A stretch of 64,000 nt of DNA from Azolla caroliniana (GCA_043228905.1 JBHGNT010000007.1:20460001-20524000); one strand, 5' to 3'. Counted from the first letter of the stretch, positions 52,620 through 64,000 are shown. Program-made: numbers and translations. Notes: generated by a model from the sequence alone, not told the origin.

Positions 52620-55600
52620 ACGTATTCTTCCGTGTACACACAGCAGTTCAGAATGCTCCGAACTTCGACGCCAGTCCCCCGAGACAGATCTGCACCATCT
52701 CACCTTCCTCGACGTTCACATTGATAGAGGCTAAGGATTTGCATATCTCTTTGATCTTCGAGGTGTAATCAGCCACTGACAAGTCGCGTTGTCGTAGGTT
52801 GATCAGCTCCTATCAGAGTTGAAGCTTCCTGGATGTAGTGCTTGCGGCAAAAATCTTCTTTAGATTTCCCCAAGCATCTTTCGGCGTTTTTGCATCCCGA
52901 ATGTAGCTTAGGAGTTGTTCGCCCACACAAGATGCGAAGCAGTACAGTACTCTGCTCGTTGATTGTTCCCACACCGGGAAATCTCTGTGTGTCGATTCAG
53001 GTGCGGTGTCATTTGCTCCATCGACATAGCTGCAGTAATCGTGCCCAAGCAGGAACTGGTGCATCTTGTAGGACCAAGACGCGTAGTTGTTTCTGTCGAG
53101 CTTCTCTGTCGGAAGTGAGCTATGCATCGGTTTTACCAGTTCTTCTTGGTTGGTTTTTCTTTCAAGTTATGTCCGCTGCAAAGGTTAGGCCTAACCGATC
53201 GATCCCAACCGATCCAGTTCTCGGCTTGCACAGCCGATCCGGTCAATGTTGAGCTTGTATCTCAACAGATCTTGGTGGCCGTCCTCACATTTTTGTGAGA
53301 ATGGCGTTGTCACCATCCCTTTTTTTAGCAATTTTTTATTGTTGACATTCTTGTCGGTAAAGAAATGCCTATAGCCACAATGATGTTGAGAACGTAGGGC
53401 TTGACCCACTTATTGTGAGGTAGCTCCTATGACACACATATCCAACATCCCTCCCTCGTTACATGGATACGATGCCACCATGAGATCATTCTTACGAGAG
53501 GCATTCGTAATGACGTAACCACGTGATGGGCCACGTGGGCCTACTACGAAAAGAGGGCTTATTTGGCATGACCATTAGGTTGCACTTTGGCATATGCCAT
53601 CGTAATTACGAGACTTGAGGTTAGGTAACGTACCAACATATTTTGTAGTAAACGAGGGGGAAATAAGGACTCTTGACATATATGTTTCTTTTAAAAAAAT
53701 ATATATGGGCAAATGCCTCGCATATCTCTTATACGCATGAAACATTAAACATTCAAGAAGAGCAACCTACTTGGTTGGCTCAAGTGTTTAATGCATTTGT
53801 TCTCGAGGTCTCGAGTTCAAATATGACCAAGACCATACAAGATCGTCGATACATATGACTATAACACATGTTTAGACTTGAGGTCTAAGTGCACTTCGGG
53901 GTCCTCATAATAGGACTTAAAGAGCCAAAACCACATATGTGGGCACTGAAACATAGTTTATTGTTAACATTTTTTTCGTGTATAAACTACTCATGATGCG
54001 GACATACATGGTTGAGCCTCGGGGAGCTGCCATCAAAAAATTGATATAGAGATCAAGGAAAGACATTAATTTGTCACCCCCATGGTTTTTAAAACACCTT
54101 TGTGTTACCATAGTAACCTGATCTTGAACCTCATCTCATACGTCTAGAGGGATATTGACATGAGATCATGATATCGATTAATGTTTGTCCATGATATATT
54201 TACATCACAACATGATGTTATGACTATTTGTCTGACCTTATCCTATTTCTTTGCCAGAAATAACCATTCAATGGCTCAAAATAACGACCCGATGTCATCC
54301 GCTCAAGCGGAAGGAACTCAAGGAAATCCTCCTGGACAAATGTCCATTGAGATGTATTTTTCACAAATAACCCAATACCTTAGTTTCACCGCTCAACAGA
54401 TGACCGAACTTCGGCAATCTCAAAGTGCTCTCGAGGCACGTGTCATTAGTTTACAACATGAGACTAATAGACCTGATGAGCGACAGGGTGAGCCATCGTT
54501 TGTCATTAAGCCATTTATGGGAGAAAAAAAGAAAAGAACCGAAGAAGCAATCTGCACATGGTTGGGCCGATGGGAGTCTCATTTTGAGCTCTATCCCACG
54601 CCACAGAGTACGAAGATTGCATATGTTGGCCGAGAACTAGGAGGTAAGGCCGCCGCCTGGTGCGTGGGCTCTGAACTTTGAGGAAATTGCCCGATACCTG
54701 GACAAATTTTGTGACAGTTTTTAAGGGCCAATTTCTGCAACCTCCCTCTCAAACTGAGACAACTCAAGCTTTAATGAACCTCTCTAACAGGAAATTTTCT
54801 TCGCTAGAGACTATGTCCACCATGCTAGAACCCAAATTCAAATATTGGGTCTAGATGGGGACAACTGGTTAATAACTTGTTTTGTCAATGGCATCCCCAA
54901 TTCGGACTATCACTAGACAGTGCACGATAAGGATCCAAAATCCTTCGAAGAGGCCATTGAAATAGTTCTTCGCTATCAACGCATTTCGAAGAAGGACCAC
55001 AACAAACCCAACGAAGCGCCCGAGACTAAGCAGTTGCAATTCGTTGGGAAACGCAAGACACCCACCGAATTCATGGCCGCAATTGTAAGCGACAACATCC
55101 TTTTTGTGTATTCTGCAAAAAGAAGGGTCATACAAAAGTGCAATGTCGAAAGCTCGAACGGAAAGAGCACGACAGCAAAGCTAAAGCTGCAAACCATAAA
55201 GGTCAGATTCCTAATGTCCTTCAGGTCTATACACATCATTTAAGTAATTGTCAATATTCTTTACCTCACTATGTATTGGTTCCCAATCATTTACTATGTG
55301 CAAACGGGTATATCAATGGATCTCCCGTACAATTTTTTTTTGATTCGGGAAGCTCACACAACTTTGTGAATGATCGTTCGGTTCAGATATGGGGAATCCA
55401 ACCCACCATAAGTGATCACACCTATACGGTGCACTTGGCTGATGGAAGAGTACAATACATAAACGGGGTGATTCATTCATTAGGAATTTCTATTGATACT
55501 TATATAGAGGAAGTAGACTTCCATGTAATGAATCTTTGTATCACTTATGTAATACTGGGTTATCCCTGGTTCTATAATAAAAACTCTTCTTTATCTATTG

Positions 55601-56251
55601 ATTGGGTTCATCATTCAATAACATTTGTACTGAACGATTGTACTCATTTTATTCAATGTCTAAAGAAACAATCCCTCTCGATTGTTTCCTGTCCATCAAT
55701 ATCCGAGTTGTCTTGTTCTACTCTATTTTATTGTGTACTTGATCCAGACATTCACGTTTACAATATCGATAATGTCTCGGTTAAATTAACATATTTTGAA
55801 CAACAACAACTTGATGAAATCTTAAATGATTTTCGTCATGTTTTTCCGAGTGAACTACCAGATGGGTTACCTCCTAAACGTAATATAGACCATCGTATAG
55901 ATATTATACCTGGAGTTGCACCAATAAGTATACCTCCTTATCGCTTAAGTCGATCCGAAAAGGACTATTTACGAATGGGTTATATACGTTATACTAAATC
56001 TCCATGGGGTGCACGAGTTCTCTTGGTTAAAAAGAAAGAGGGCACATGGCGTATGTGTATTAATTACTGCCGCTTGAATAAAGTGACGATCAAGAATTCG
56101 TATCCATTGCCCCGAGCTGACGATCTAATTGACTGTCTCCAGGGAGCATGGTAATTTACGAAACTTGATCTCCGTACTGGCTAGCATCAAATTCATATAA
56201 GTGAGGAGGATGTTCCTAAAATGGCATTTCGTATGCGCTATGGCCATTATG

Positions 56252-57117
56252 ACTATCTCAACGTTCATATCTTACACCTCGACCTGGAGATCCGGCCAAT
56301 AAGCAAATTCTATTAGGCCCATCAAAGCTACAAGCAACATCAATTTATGCCACGCCGCTAGATTCACGCCTTGTTGATACTATTCGGCAACAACTTCAGT
56401 CTGATGATTGCACTAAGGATGTCTTAGCCCACATTAGTCCAAGCCATGCATCTTGCTCCACAATGCCAGGTTCATCTCTGAGTCAACATTATCAGGAATT
56501 CAAGTGGCAAGATGACTTACTCTTTTACAAGAATCTCCTTTACGTCCTTGATGGATCACCTCGCCTTGAAGTATTAGAGCATTGTTATGATGCTTCTATG
56601 GCTGGACATTTTGGTATTGCCAAGACCACGGAGTTGGTGAAGCGCTCCTTTTGGTGGCCTCATTCGCAAAATTTTGTCAAAGATTATGCTCGTACATGTG
56701 ACACATGTTATCGAGTCAAAATACCCAGGCATCATCCTTATGGCTTGTTACAATCGTTACAGCCTCCAACCAAGCCATGGCAGTCTATTTCTATGGATTT
56801 CATTACAGATTTGCCACCTTCACAAGGATTTGATACTATTTTAACAGTAGTGGATCGGTTTACCAAGATGGCACATTTTTTACCATGTGTAAAGAGCATC
56901 AGTAGTTAGGAAACCGCAGATATCGTTATGTGTGAAGTATTTCGTCATCATGGTCTTCTAGACGATATAATTATTGATCGTGGTCCTCAATTTATCTCTC
57001 ACTTTTGGAAGCACCTATGGGCAGGCATCAAAATATTCTGCAAACTCTCTTTGGCTTATCATCCACAAACCGACAGACAAACAGAGCGCACGAATCAAAC
57101 GCTTGAGCAATATCTTT
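56252..57117 (+). mobile_element. Integrase fragment of a different Ty3/Gypsy family
   Basis: DASMAGHFG..CDTC..GLLQSL..WQSISMDFITDLP..VVDRFTKMAHF..DRGPQF..HPQTDRQTERTNQTLEQYL; not colinear with the young chromovirus. Confidence 0.88.
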
Positions 57118-57425
57118 TGTCATGAATACATAAGCATCATGAATATACAAGCATCATGCCTTCACTTAGGCTTGAACCCAAGACCTTGTAATACATAATC
57201 AAGAACCTAACCATTAAAATAGCATATGATCATATGAAATAATAAAAGCTACTTGTAATAGACTGACTATTGTAAATGTTCTGGAACATTCTAGAACATT
57301 CTAGAATATCGAACATCTTAGAATATTCTAGGTCTAGAACATTCTAGAACATTATAGAAATCACTAGGCTACAAGAACCTATAAATATAGACATATAATT
57401 CTTCTCAAACCAATTCGAATCAAAC
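57118..57425 (+). mobile_element. Truncated LTR starting TGTCATG with antisense tRNA-like cassette
   Basis: Interrupts the integrase at EQYL; tRNA-like segment 57158-57224(-); (TTCTAGAACA)n repeats at 57278-57360; TATA cctataaata near 57378. Confidence 0.65.
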
Positions 57426-57553
57426 TGTTAGAACCAAGAGAAAAGATAGAGTGTAAAGAGATCACAACAAGAGAAGAATGAAGTGATAAGAGAAGAATGA
57501 ATGTATTAATAAGATAGAATGAAGATGGATACAAGATAGGTGACGAAACCAAC

Positions 57554-57784
57554 TATTATAGACATGAACTAATGTAAGCATATGATAAGGATAAAAGAAT
57601 GATAGATAGAAAGGAGAGAGAGAAAGAAGGGTGCTGATCCACCCGACCACCCCTGAGCGAAGGGATCGAGACGGACTTGAGCCTCGATCGGCGTCTCATA
57701 CCACCGTCGTGGCATCGAGTCGTACCTGGTGTTGGCGCGCTCGCTACAAGAGTTGACCCACCACAAGAACATAGTCTCGACGTA
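57554..57784 (-). mobile_element. Partial LTR (U5 end) of the chromovirus family
   Basis: Matches 36148-36380 and begins tattatagac. Confidence 0.88.
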
Positions 57785-59336
57785 GGGGTCGAAGCATGCT
57801 ATGGTGTACCAACTTTTGGCCAAAAATTTAGTACTAAATCGAGGAAGAAAATAAACATAAAAAATTGAAAATAAAACAAATAGTGCAGAAAATAGTGGAT
57901 TATCATCCATTGAATGAGGTTCAAATTCAAATAACAAATTCAATACGAATGTACAAAGATATTATACGTCACAATCAAAGTGCCCCAAGGCCGTATTTAA
58001 TACATTAACTATAACTTCATTCTCCTAGGTAGAGTTGTACGAAAGCAGACCTGGAGAAGGTTTTGAATGTGTCAGTTGGTCAGTCTCAGTCTCTCTCTCT
58101 CTCTCTCTTCTATCTCAAAGTTGTCAGTCAGACAGTGGCAGAAAGTTAGAAATCAAACACATATCTATTACCTATCTCTCTCTTTCTCTCTTGCTCTCTC
58201 TCACTCCACGTTTGATTCTCTGTTTCCCTACGTAATTCTTGTTGTGTTCCCTCTGTGCCTGATTTTTGTTGTTGTTTCCCTACGATCTCTGAACTCTGTA
58301 TATGCAGAGATTGTTGTTTCCCCTCTACTAACGTTGTTCTTGTTGTTGATGTGCTTTCTCTGTATATGCTCGTTTGTCTCCTCTGTGTATGCTCATTTGT
58401 CTCCTCTGTAGTAGCCTTGTCAACAACCTCTTGCATATAGGTGATTTTCTCAGCTTGGTGTGTTCCCAAGGTGAAGAAATCAACACGGTGTGGTACCTCT
58501 TCCTTGACCTTGGCTCCATCTGCCTTCGACCCATTGTTCCATTTGCAACTTGTACGACCTCCAGGTATTCTCTGTGCTGCATTTTTAGGGTTTGATTACT
58601 CATATTCTATGTGCTGCATACCCAACTGGTATGTTTTTGTTTTCTTTCTGTTTCCTGTCCGCCTGTTTTTATTTTGTGTGTGTTTGACATGGATGAGTTT
58701 TTTTCCGACTGTTTAGGGTTTGATTATTCATATTCTATGTGTTGCATGCCCAACTGGTATGTTCTCATTTTCTTTGTGTTTCCTGTCCGTCTGTTTTTAT
58801 TGTGTGTTTGACATGGCTTGTACATGCAACTTAGATTGAGTTGGCTATGATGATTTGCTGGTTGTTGATAGTATTTTGATGAGTTTTCTTTTTGTACATG
58901 CATATTCTTTCAACAAGAATAGTGAAGACTAGGACAATGACGAGAAGGACACCCATAAAGAAGACATTGGTGAAAGAGAAAGTGAAGACACCAGTGAAGG
59001 AAAGAAAAAGGACACCTATCAAAGAAAGCAAGAAGACACCCACAAGAGAAAGGGTGATGAACTCATCAACTCAGAGAAAGAAGATGTGCCACTCCATCAT
59101 TCGAGACACACCTCTCAGATGGCGTTATTTCCTTCGAGCACGACCTTAAGTTTATGAAGAGGTGAGAGAGTGGTTGATAAAAACCTAGGGTCCCCACATC
59201 CCGATACAAGGCGAGGATTCCACATAAGTGGATTGAAGAAGGAATATGTGAACTTATTGAAGACGAGATATGAACATGTTTATGATACTAATCAAATCTG
59301 TAACAATGAGGTGGGTACTGTTTTTGCACGTGTATT

Positions 59337-59950
59337 TGTTAGAAATTGACGCTTTCCGAAGCTTCACCTCTCGGCCACAACCGAGGAAACACGAGTCAAT
59401 GCAGCAGTAAATCGAAAACACAGAGAGAGACTCGAATGCACAGGGTTTAGCGTGGAAAACCCTAGACGGGAAAAACCACGGGAGTGCAAGACTCCAACGA
59501 TCACTATACGCAGGGAATGTACAATGGCGAGCTGCAAGGCGACGACCTTGAGCTCGCTGTCCTCGCCACAGGCGGCGGTATTACACAGAGGCGTCGACCT
59601 CTTCCTTTCTCTCTCTCTCTCTCTCTCAGCTGTTCTCACTTTGCTCCCTCTAAGTGGAAAACAGAAAAAAATGAGCAACAACAAAACTGTTTGCCCTAAG
59701 TCATATTTATACACATATGACTTTCGGGCTATTTACAAATATAGCTTCAAGGGCCCTTGGCAAACATATTCACAAATATGTCCCCGCATCCGGATCTCTC
59801 TCCGGGTACATTCATCATCCGGCTCCGTAGCCGGGGTCTTCATCATCCGGCTCCGTAGCCGGGGTCTTCATCATCCGGCTCCGTAACCGTAACCGGGCTT
59901 GCCGTCATTCATCTCTGGACATCCCATCCGGAGGGACCGAAATCCCAACA
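59337..59950 (-). mobile_element. Solo LTR (614 bp), Copia-type
   Basis: TGTT..AACA termini; TSD GTATT at 59332-59336 and 59951-59955; similar to the LTR at 63663 onward; 28-bp tandem repeats at 59811-59886. Confidence 0.93.
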
Positions 59951-60949
59951 GTATTTGCATGTGAAGTTTAGGGTGGCATCGACGTAGATTGGGAACATTT
60001 TAATCGTCACCGATTAGAACATTATAAAGGGTCCTCCAGTACCAACACTGGCTTGAAGTCATCGGGAACCTCTCATGTGGATATTCCAACTACAACACTT
60101 GTCCACCAAGTTCAATCTAGAAAGCTACAGGCCACAATGACTAAAAAGCATGAACAGATGATGGTCGGTTGCATAGCTTCTATGAGCTCAAGAATACAAG
60201 CACTAGCTGATTTGGAAGCAGTTAAATCAGCTGAGATTCAGGCAGAAACAATTCTCTTCAATAAAAACTACATATGAATGGATTGCACCGACAATCCAAA
60301 ATTCAGAAAGTGAGGTGTTGAAAGAGGAGTTGAAGAAAGAGTTGAACAATATGGGCACTCAATTAGGATCACAGATGAGAGACCTTGATATTTGTAGAAA
60401 TGCACATTGCAAACTAGATAATAAGTTGTCAGCTTTAAAGTTGCATTCTGAGAACCTTGCGTGCTTGATGCAGGATTTAAAACGAAAAGGTTTTGAAACT
60501 TTGTGTCCATTTGTAATTGAGCACCAAGTGGTATGGAAAGTACCATTACTAGTATAGCTATATCACAGTATTGGCTTTAAAAGTTATTTATTTCTACTTA
60601 TGTGGTATAAATATCATATTAGTTAATATATTATAACTTGTGTTTGCAATTTGCCAGGTGTATATTTTATGGCCTCGGATTCAAGCTTGAGGCTATGGAT
60701 GTTGTGATTACACCGTGCTTGCACACATATCATGTACTATGTGCTAAGTATCATTTTGAGAAAGAAAATACATGTAAGGACTTTAAAACTACAGTTGCTG
60801 CTGAGTGGTACTATGCTTGGGGTTTAAAAGTACACCCGTACGGTATGTGGCTCTACTATTCTATTGTTTGTATTATATGGTGTCAATTTACATTTGGATT
60901 AGAACTATTGTACGCCACAATTCATACTTCAAATTTAGGAAAATGATGG

Positions 60950-61995
60950 ATTAGTACTAGTGTATCTCCAACAACTAATATGTGGAACCCTATTTATGTG
61001 GGTTAGTATTGGCAGTACTCTTAATATATAATTGGTATGGGTAGTTGAACGGATATTTTCTAGAATTAGTACTATTTGAGTAATTTGGGAACCATGTGTG
61101 ACATTATTCGGGATTGGTACTAGTTATGTAATTTGAGCACAAGGTATGTAGTACAATGTGAACGATTAGTACTAAACGTGTAATTTGGGAATTAGGAGTG
61201 CATAACACATCATGATTAGTACTACTTGTATGCAAAATACCACTTTAGTACTAAAGAAGGAAGTTGTTTAGATGTATTTGTTGGATAAGTTGTTCGTCCA
61301 ATCTATATTACAACTTGCCTAGTACTAGTTTAGTACACACTATACTTGTAGTACATTGTTGACTATTAGTACTATTTGTGTAGTACATTGTTGACTATTA
61401 GTACTATTTGTGTAGTACATTGTTCACGATTAGTACTAGTTATGTAATTTGGGAACAAGGTGTATAGTAAATTGCTGAAGATTAGTACAGTTTGTGTAAT
61501 TTGGAAATGAGGTGTGTCAAACACATATCACGCTTAGTACTAATACTATTGAAGATTAATACTATTGGTGTAATTAGTACTAGTTATGTAATTAGGTGTG
61601 TAGAACACATATCACGTTTAGTATTACTTATGTGCAAAATACCACGTTAGTACTAAAGTCCAATCTACATTTGTTGGATTAGGTGTTAGTCCGATCTATA
61701 TTACAACGTGCCTAGTACTAGTGTTAGTACACACTATACTTGTAGTACATTGTTGACGATTAGTACTAGTTGTGTAACAAATCTTCTGAGTAGTACATTG
61801 TTGACGATTAGTACTAGTTGTGTAACATCTCTTCTAAGTAGTACATTGTTGACGATTAGTACTAGTTGTGTAATTTGGGAACTAAGTGAGTGGTACATTG
61901 TTCATGATTAGTACTAGTTGTGTAATTTGGGAACTAAGTGAGTAATACATTGTTCACGATTAGTACTACATGTGTAATATGGGAACTAGGTGTAG
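60950..61995. repeat. Degenerate TAGTACTA-core minisatellite with higher-order duplication
   Basis: Units such as tagtacattgttgacgattagtactagttgtgtaa recur every 30-50 bp; the block at 61190-61400 repeats near 61590-61780. Confidence 0.8.
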
Positions 61996-62369
61996 CCTAA
62001 TGATTTAATAATGCAGCTCTTGTGACCTACATTGTATTTTTTATATCATGGTACTAACGTTGAAGGTTTTTTTGTTTCTTGCAATGAATGTTGTAGTGTC
62101 AAGCAACTCCACGCTAGGGAAGGTAATGGAACAACCAGCTCTTGTGCCTAAACCCTCAGTATTTGCTGCACATTCCAAGGTTTAGGGACCATCATTACCA
62201 GTAACCTATGACTTTTATGATGAAGATGAATGTATGAGAAGGGCCATTGGAGCAGTGGAACATATGCTTCTACAAATAAATTCCCCAAGCTCCGGTCAAC
62301 ATCAAAACAATCCAGGTAACAGAAATTGAGTTAGCATATCTTAATTCTCATTTGTGTGTATTAATAGTA

Positions 62370-63634
62370 ATGACAATAGTAGTGGCTACGTTTGTAAATA
62401 GCCCATACAATGTATAAGTATAAATACACTTAGGGAAAAGAGAGTGTTGTGCAGAACAGAATTGAGTAGAACAGAAAATTTCTGTGAGCCTCTGTTGTAG
62501 AGCATAGAGTAGATAGAGAGTTTGTGAGTATGAGTGAGCGATGCCATAGTTGTGTGAGCGTAGACGTCAAGAGCCTTCTGAGCTTGTTACACTTGTCTTT
62601 TATATCCATTGTATAGTGAAGATCTATTCTCCCGTGGTTTTTTCCCGTTTAGGGTTTCCACGTAAAATTGTGTATTTCATACATTTGTTGTGTTTTCTGT
62701 ATCTCGGCAATATTGTCAATTACATAGTCAATCTTTCTCATGAATAGAAGGGGAGTGAATCCCTACAAATTGGTATAAGAGCGAGGTTGAAGATGGAAGG
62801 AGGTGTGACCGGCTTCCTAGGCATGATAGTTCTAAACTCTCAGAACTATGCAAACTAGAAGATAAAGATGGAGAACCTTCTAATAGTCAAAGACCTGTAC
62901 GAGCCAATCGACCAAGCAGAAATACCCACAGGGGTATTAGAGTCAGAATGGAAACTTCTGAATAGAAAGGCGGTGGCCACCATCCGACAATGCGTCGATG
63001 TAAGTGTCCTTCAACATGTGGCGAACGACACAAATGCCTACAAGATGTGGCAAAAGCTGTCAGGCTTATATGAGAGGTAGAACGCCCTCAACAAAACATC
63101 CCTGATGTGGAAGATCGTAAGGCTCAAATACAGGGATGGAGAAAGCATAGTAGAGTACGTAAGCACATTCATGTGGTATATGAACCAACTTGCGGCAACT
63201 AAGTTTCCCCTTGACGATGCAATGCAAGCCATCCTCCTAAAGTGCACCCTACTAGACAACTAGGAGAATTTGGTGGTTACTCTCAACACCTTGTGTAAAG
63301 AAGAGAACTTGTCTCTACAAGCGGTAAAGACAAGTATCTTGAATGAGGAGACTAGAAGGAAGGACAAGGGTGTCCAAGCCCAGTCGGAGTCAAACTTGAA
63401 TCAACAGAGCGGTAGAGGAAGGAATCGGCAAAGGATTCCACCAAGGAGAGAAAAGTCCCATGCCAGATCCAAGTATAGAGGTAAGCTAACATGCCTCTAT
63501 TGTGGAAACCTTGGACACTTTCGGCGGGACTATTGACATCTCAAGAAGGACAAGAGTGTTGGAAATAATGTTGAGCCCAAGAAGATTCCTGATGAAAAAA
63601 GCACATTGGTCGTAGCTACGAGTGTAGAGGAGAT
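62370..63634 (+). mobile_element. 5' part of a decayed Ty1/Copia (LTR, PBS, gag)
   Basis: LTR ends ccctaca at 62767 (its start is uncertain); PBS TGGTATAAGAGC at 62771; gag from 62793 (LNSQNY..MENLL..KAVATIRQCV..CLYCGNLGH) with stops. Confidence 0.85.
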
Positions 63635-63925
63635 TGTTAAACACAGTGCTCTGATACCACTTTGTTAACCTCAGTGCTCGGCCACAACCGAGGAATAGGA
63701 TTAACTCACAGAAAACAGGAAATACAAAATGCACGAAGACAATAGAGAGGAGAGTACACAGGATGTTTTACGTGGAAAACCCTAAATGGGAAAAACCACG
63801 GGAGTCCTCAAACTCCAACTGTCACTATAAACAGAGATGTACAATGGTGAAGCTACAAGGCAACAACCTTGAGCTCACTGTCTTCGCCACAGGCGGCGGT
63901 AATACACAGAGGCAACGACCTCTTC

Positions 63926-63962
<37 letters not shown>

Positions 63963-64000
63963 CTGCTCACTTAGCTCCCTCTAAGTGGAAAACCAGAAAA
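63635..64000 (-). mobile_element. 5' LTR plus PBS of an internally deleted LTR element, running off the window
   Basis: PBS TGGTATCAGAGC at 63648-63659(-); LTR from 63663 similar to the solo LTR at 59337-59950. Confidence 0.85.

Larger units (their letters stand above)
46553..53267 (-). mobile_element. Decayed Ty1/Copia with internally deleted 5' LTR, carrying two nested LTR-like inserts
   Basis: TSD GATCT at 46548-46552 and 53268-53272; 3' LTR 46553-46949 with adjacent PPT; only ~70 bp of the 5' LTR remain (about 53200-53267). Gag EKLDRNNYASW, protease WYVDSGASNHM, integrase NGVAERKNR, RT YVDDLVITG, RNase H ADVLTK. Confidence 0.93.
46414..53463. mobile_element. Probable ~330 bp solo LTR hosting the Copia at 46553-53267
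   Basis: Sequence absent from the young copy's leader; inverted termini TGTAACG..CGTTACA; imperfect 4-bp flanks TTGA/TGGA. Confidence 0.5.
45531..56251 (+). mobile_element. Older decayed copy of the chromovirus family (partial 5' LTR, PBS, leader, gag from 54271, protease, start of RT), with a ~7 kb nested insertion in its leader
   Basis: LTR 45531-45864, PBS TGGTATTAGAGC at 45867; leader matches 41022-42304 in reverse; gag [23 protein letters not shown]; frameshifts. Confidence 0.9.
58834..62330 (+). pseudogene. Decayed intron-containing gene fragment with an acidic region, a coiled-coil-like segment and a degenerate RING-H2-like finger; probably transposon-borne
   Basis: Putative exon 60658-60842 encodes CIFYG..PCLHTYHVLC..TC, matching the C-x-H-x2-H-x2-C core, with AG/GT flanks; stops in upstream segments; split by a solo LTR. 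Confidence 0.45.

Noticed and set aside
58580-58705. Interstitial telomere (TTTAGGG)
   Set aside because: Only isolated single units inside a local duplication, not an array.

Overview
Eukaryotic land-plant nuclear DNA. It is AT-rich, with GT-AG introns and (CT)n/(CA)n microsatellites; a large-genome plant such as a fern is plausible but not provable here. There is one intact host gene: a 13-exon PAS-domain Raf-like MAPKKK (B2 subgroup; CDS 9725-16597, 754 aa). The rest is a nested transposon cluster: a LINE split by a Copia, three more Copia elements or fragments, a very young chromovirus (Ty3/Gypsy with chromodomain, identical LTRs, one nonsense codon), two decayed relatives of it, an hAT MITE, several solo LTRs, a decayed RING-finger gene fragment and many local tandem repeats. 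The most unusual signal is a set of LTR-like inserts starting TGTC[GA]T-like, two of them with 4-bp target duplications. Three of these carry an antisense tRNA-like Pol III cassette (A box plus B box) upstream of a TATA box, analogous to the 5S cassette of Cassandra elements but tRNA-derived. Two elements have non-canonical LTR termini (Gypsy TG..TA, Copia TA..CA). All alignments and coordinates were made by eye.
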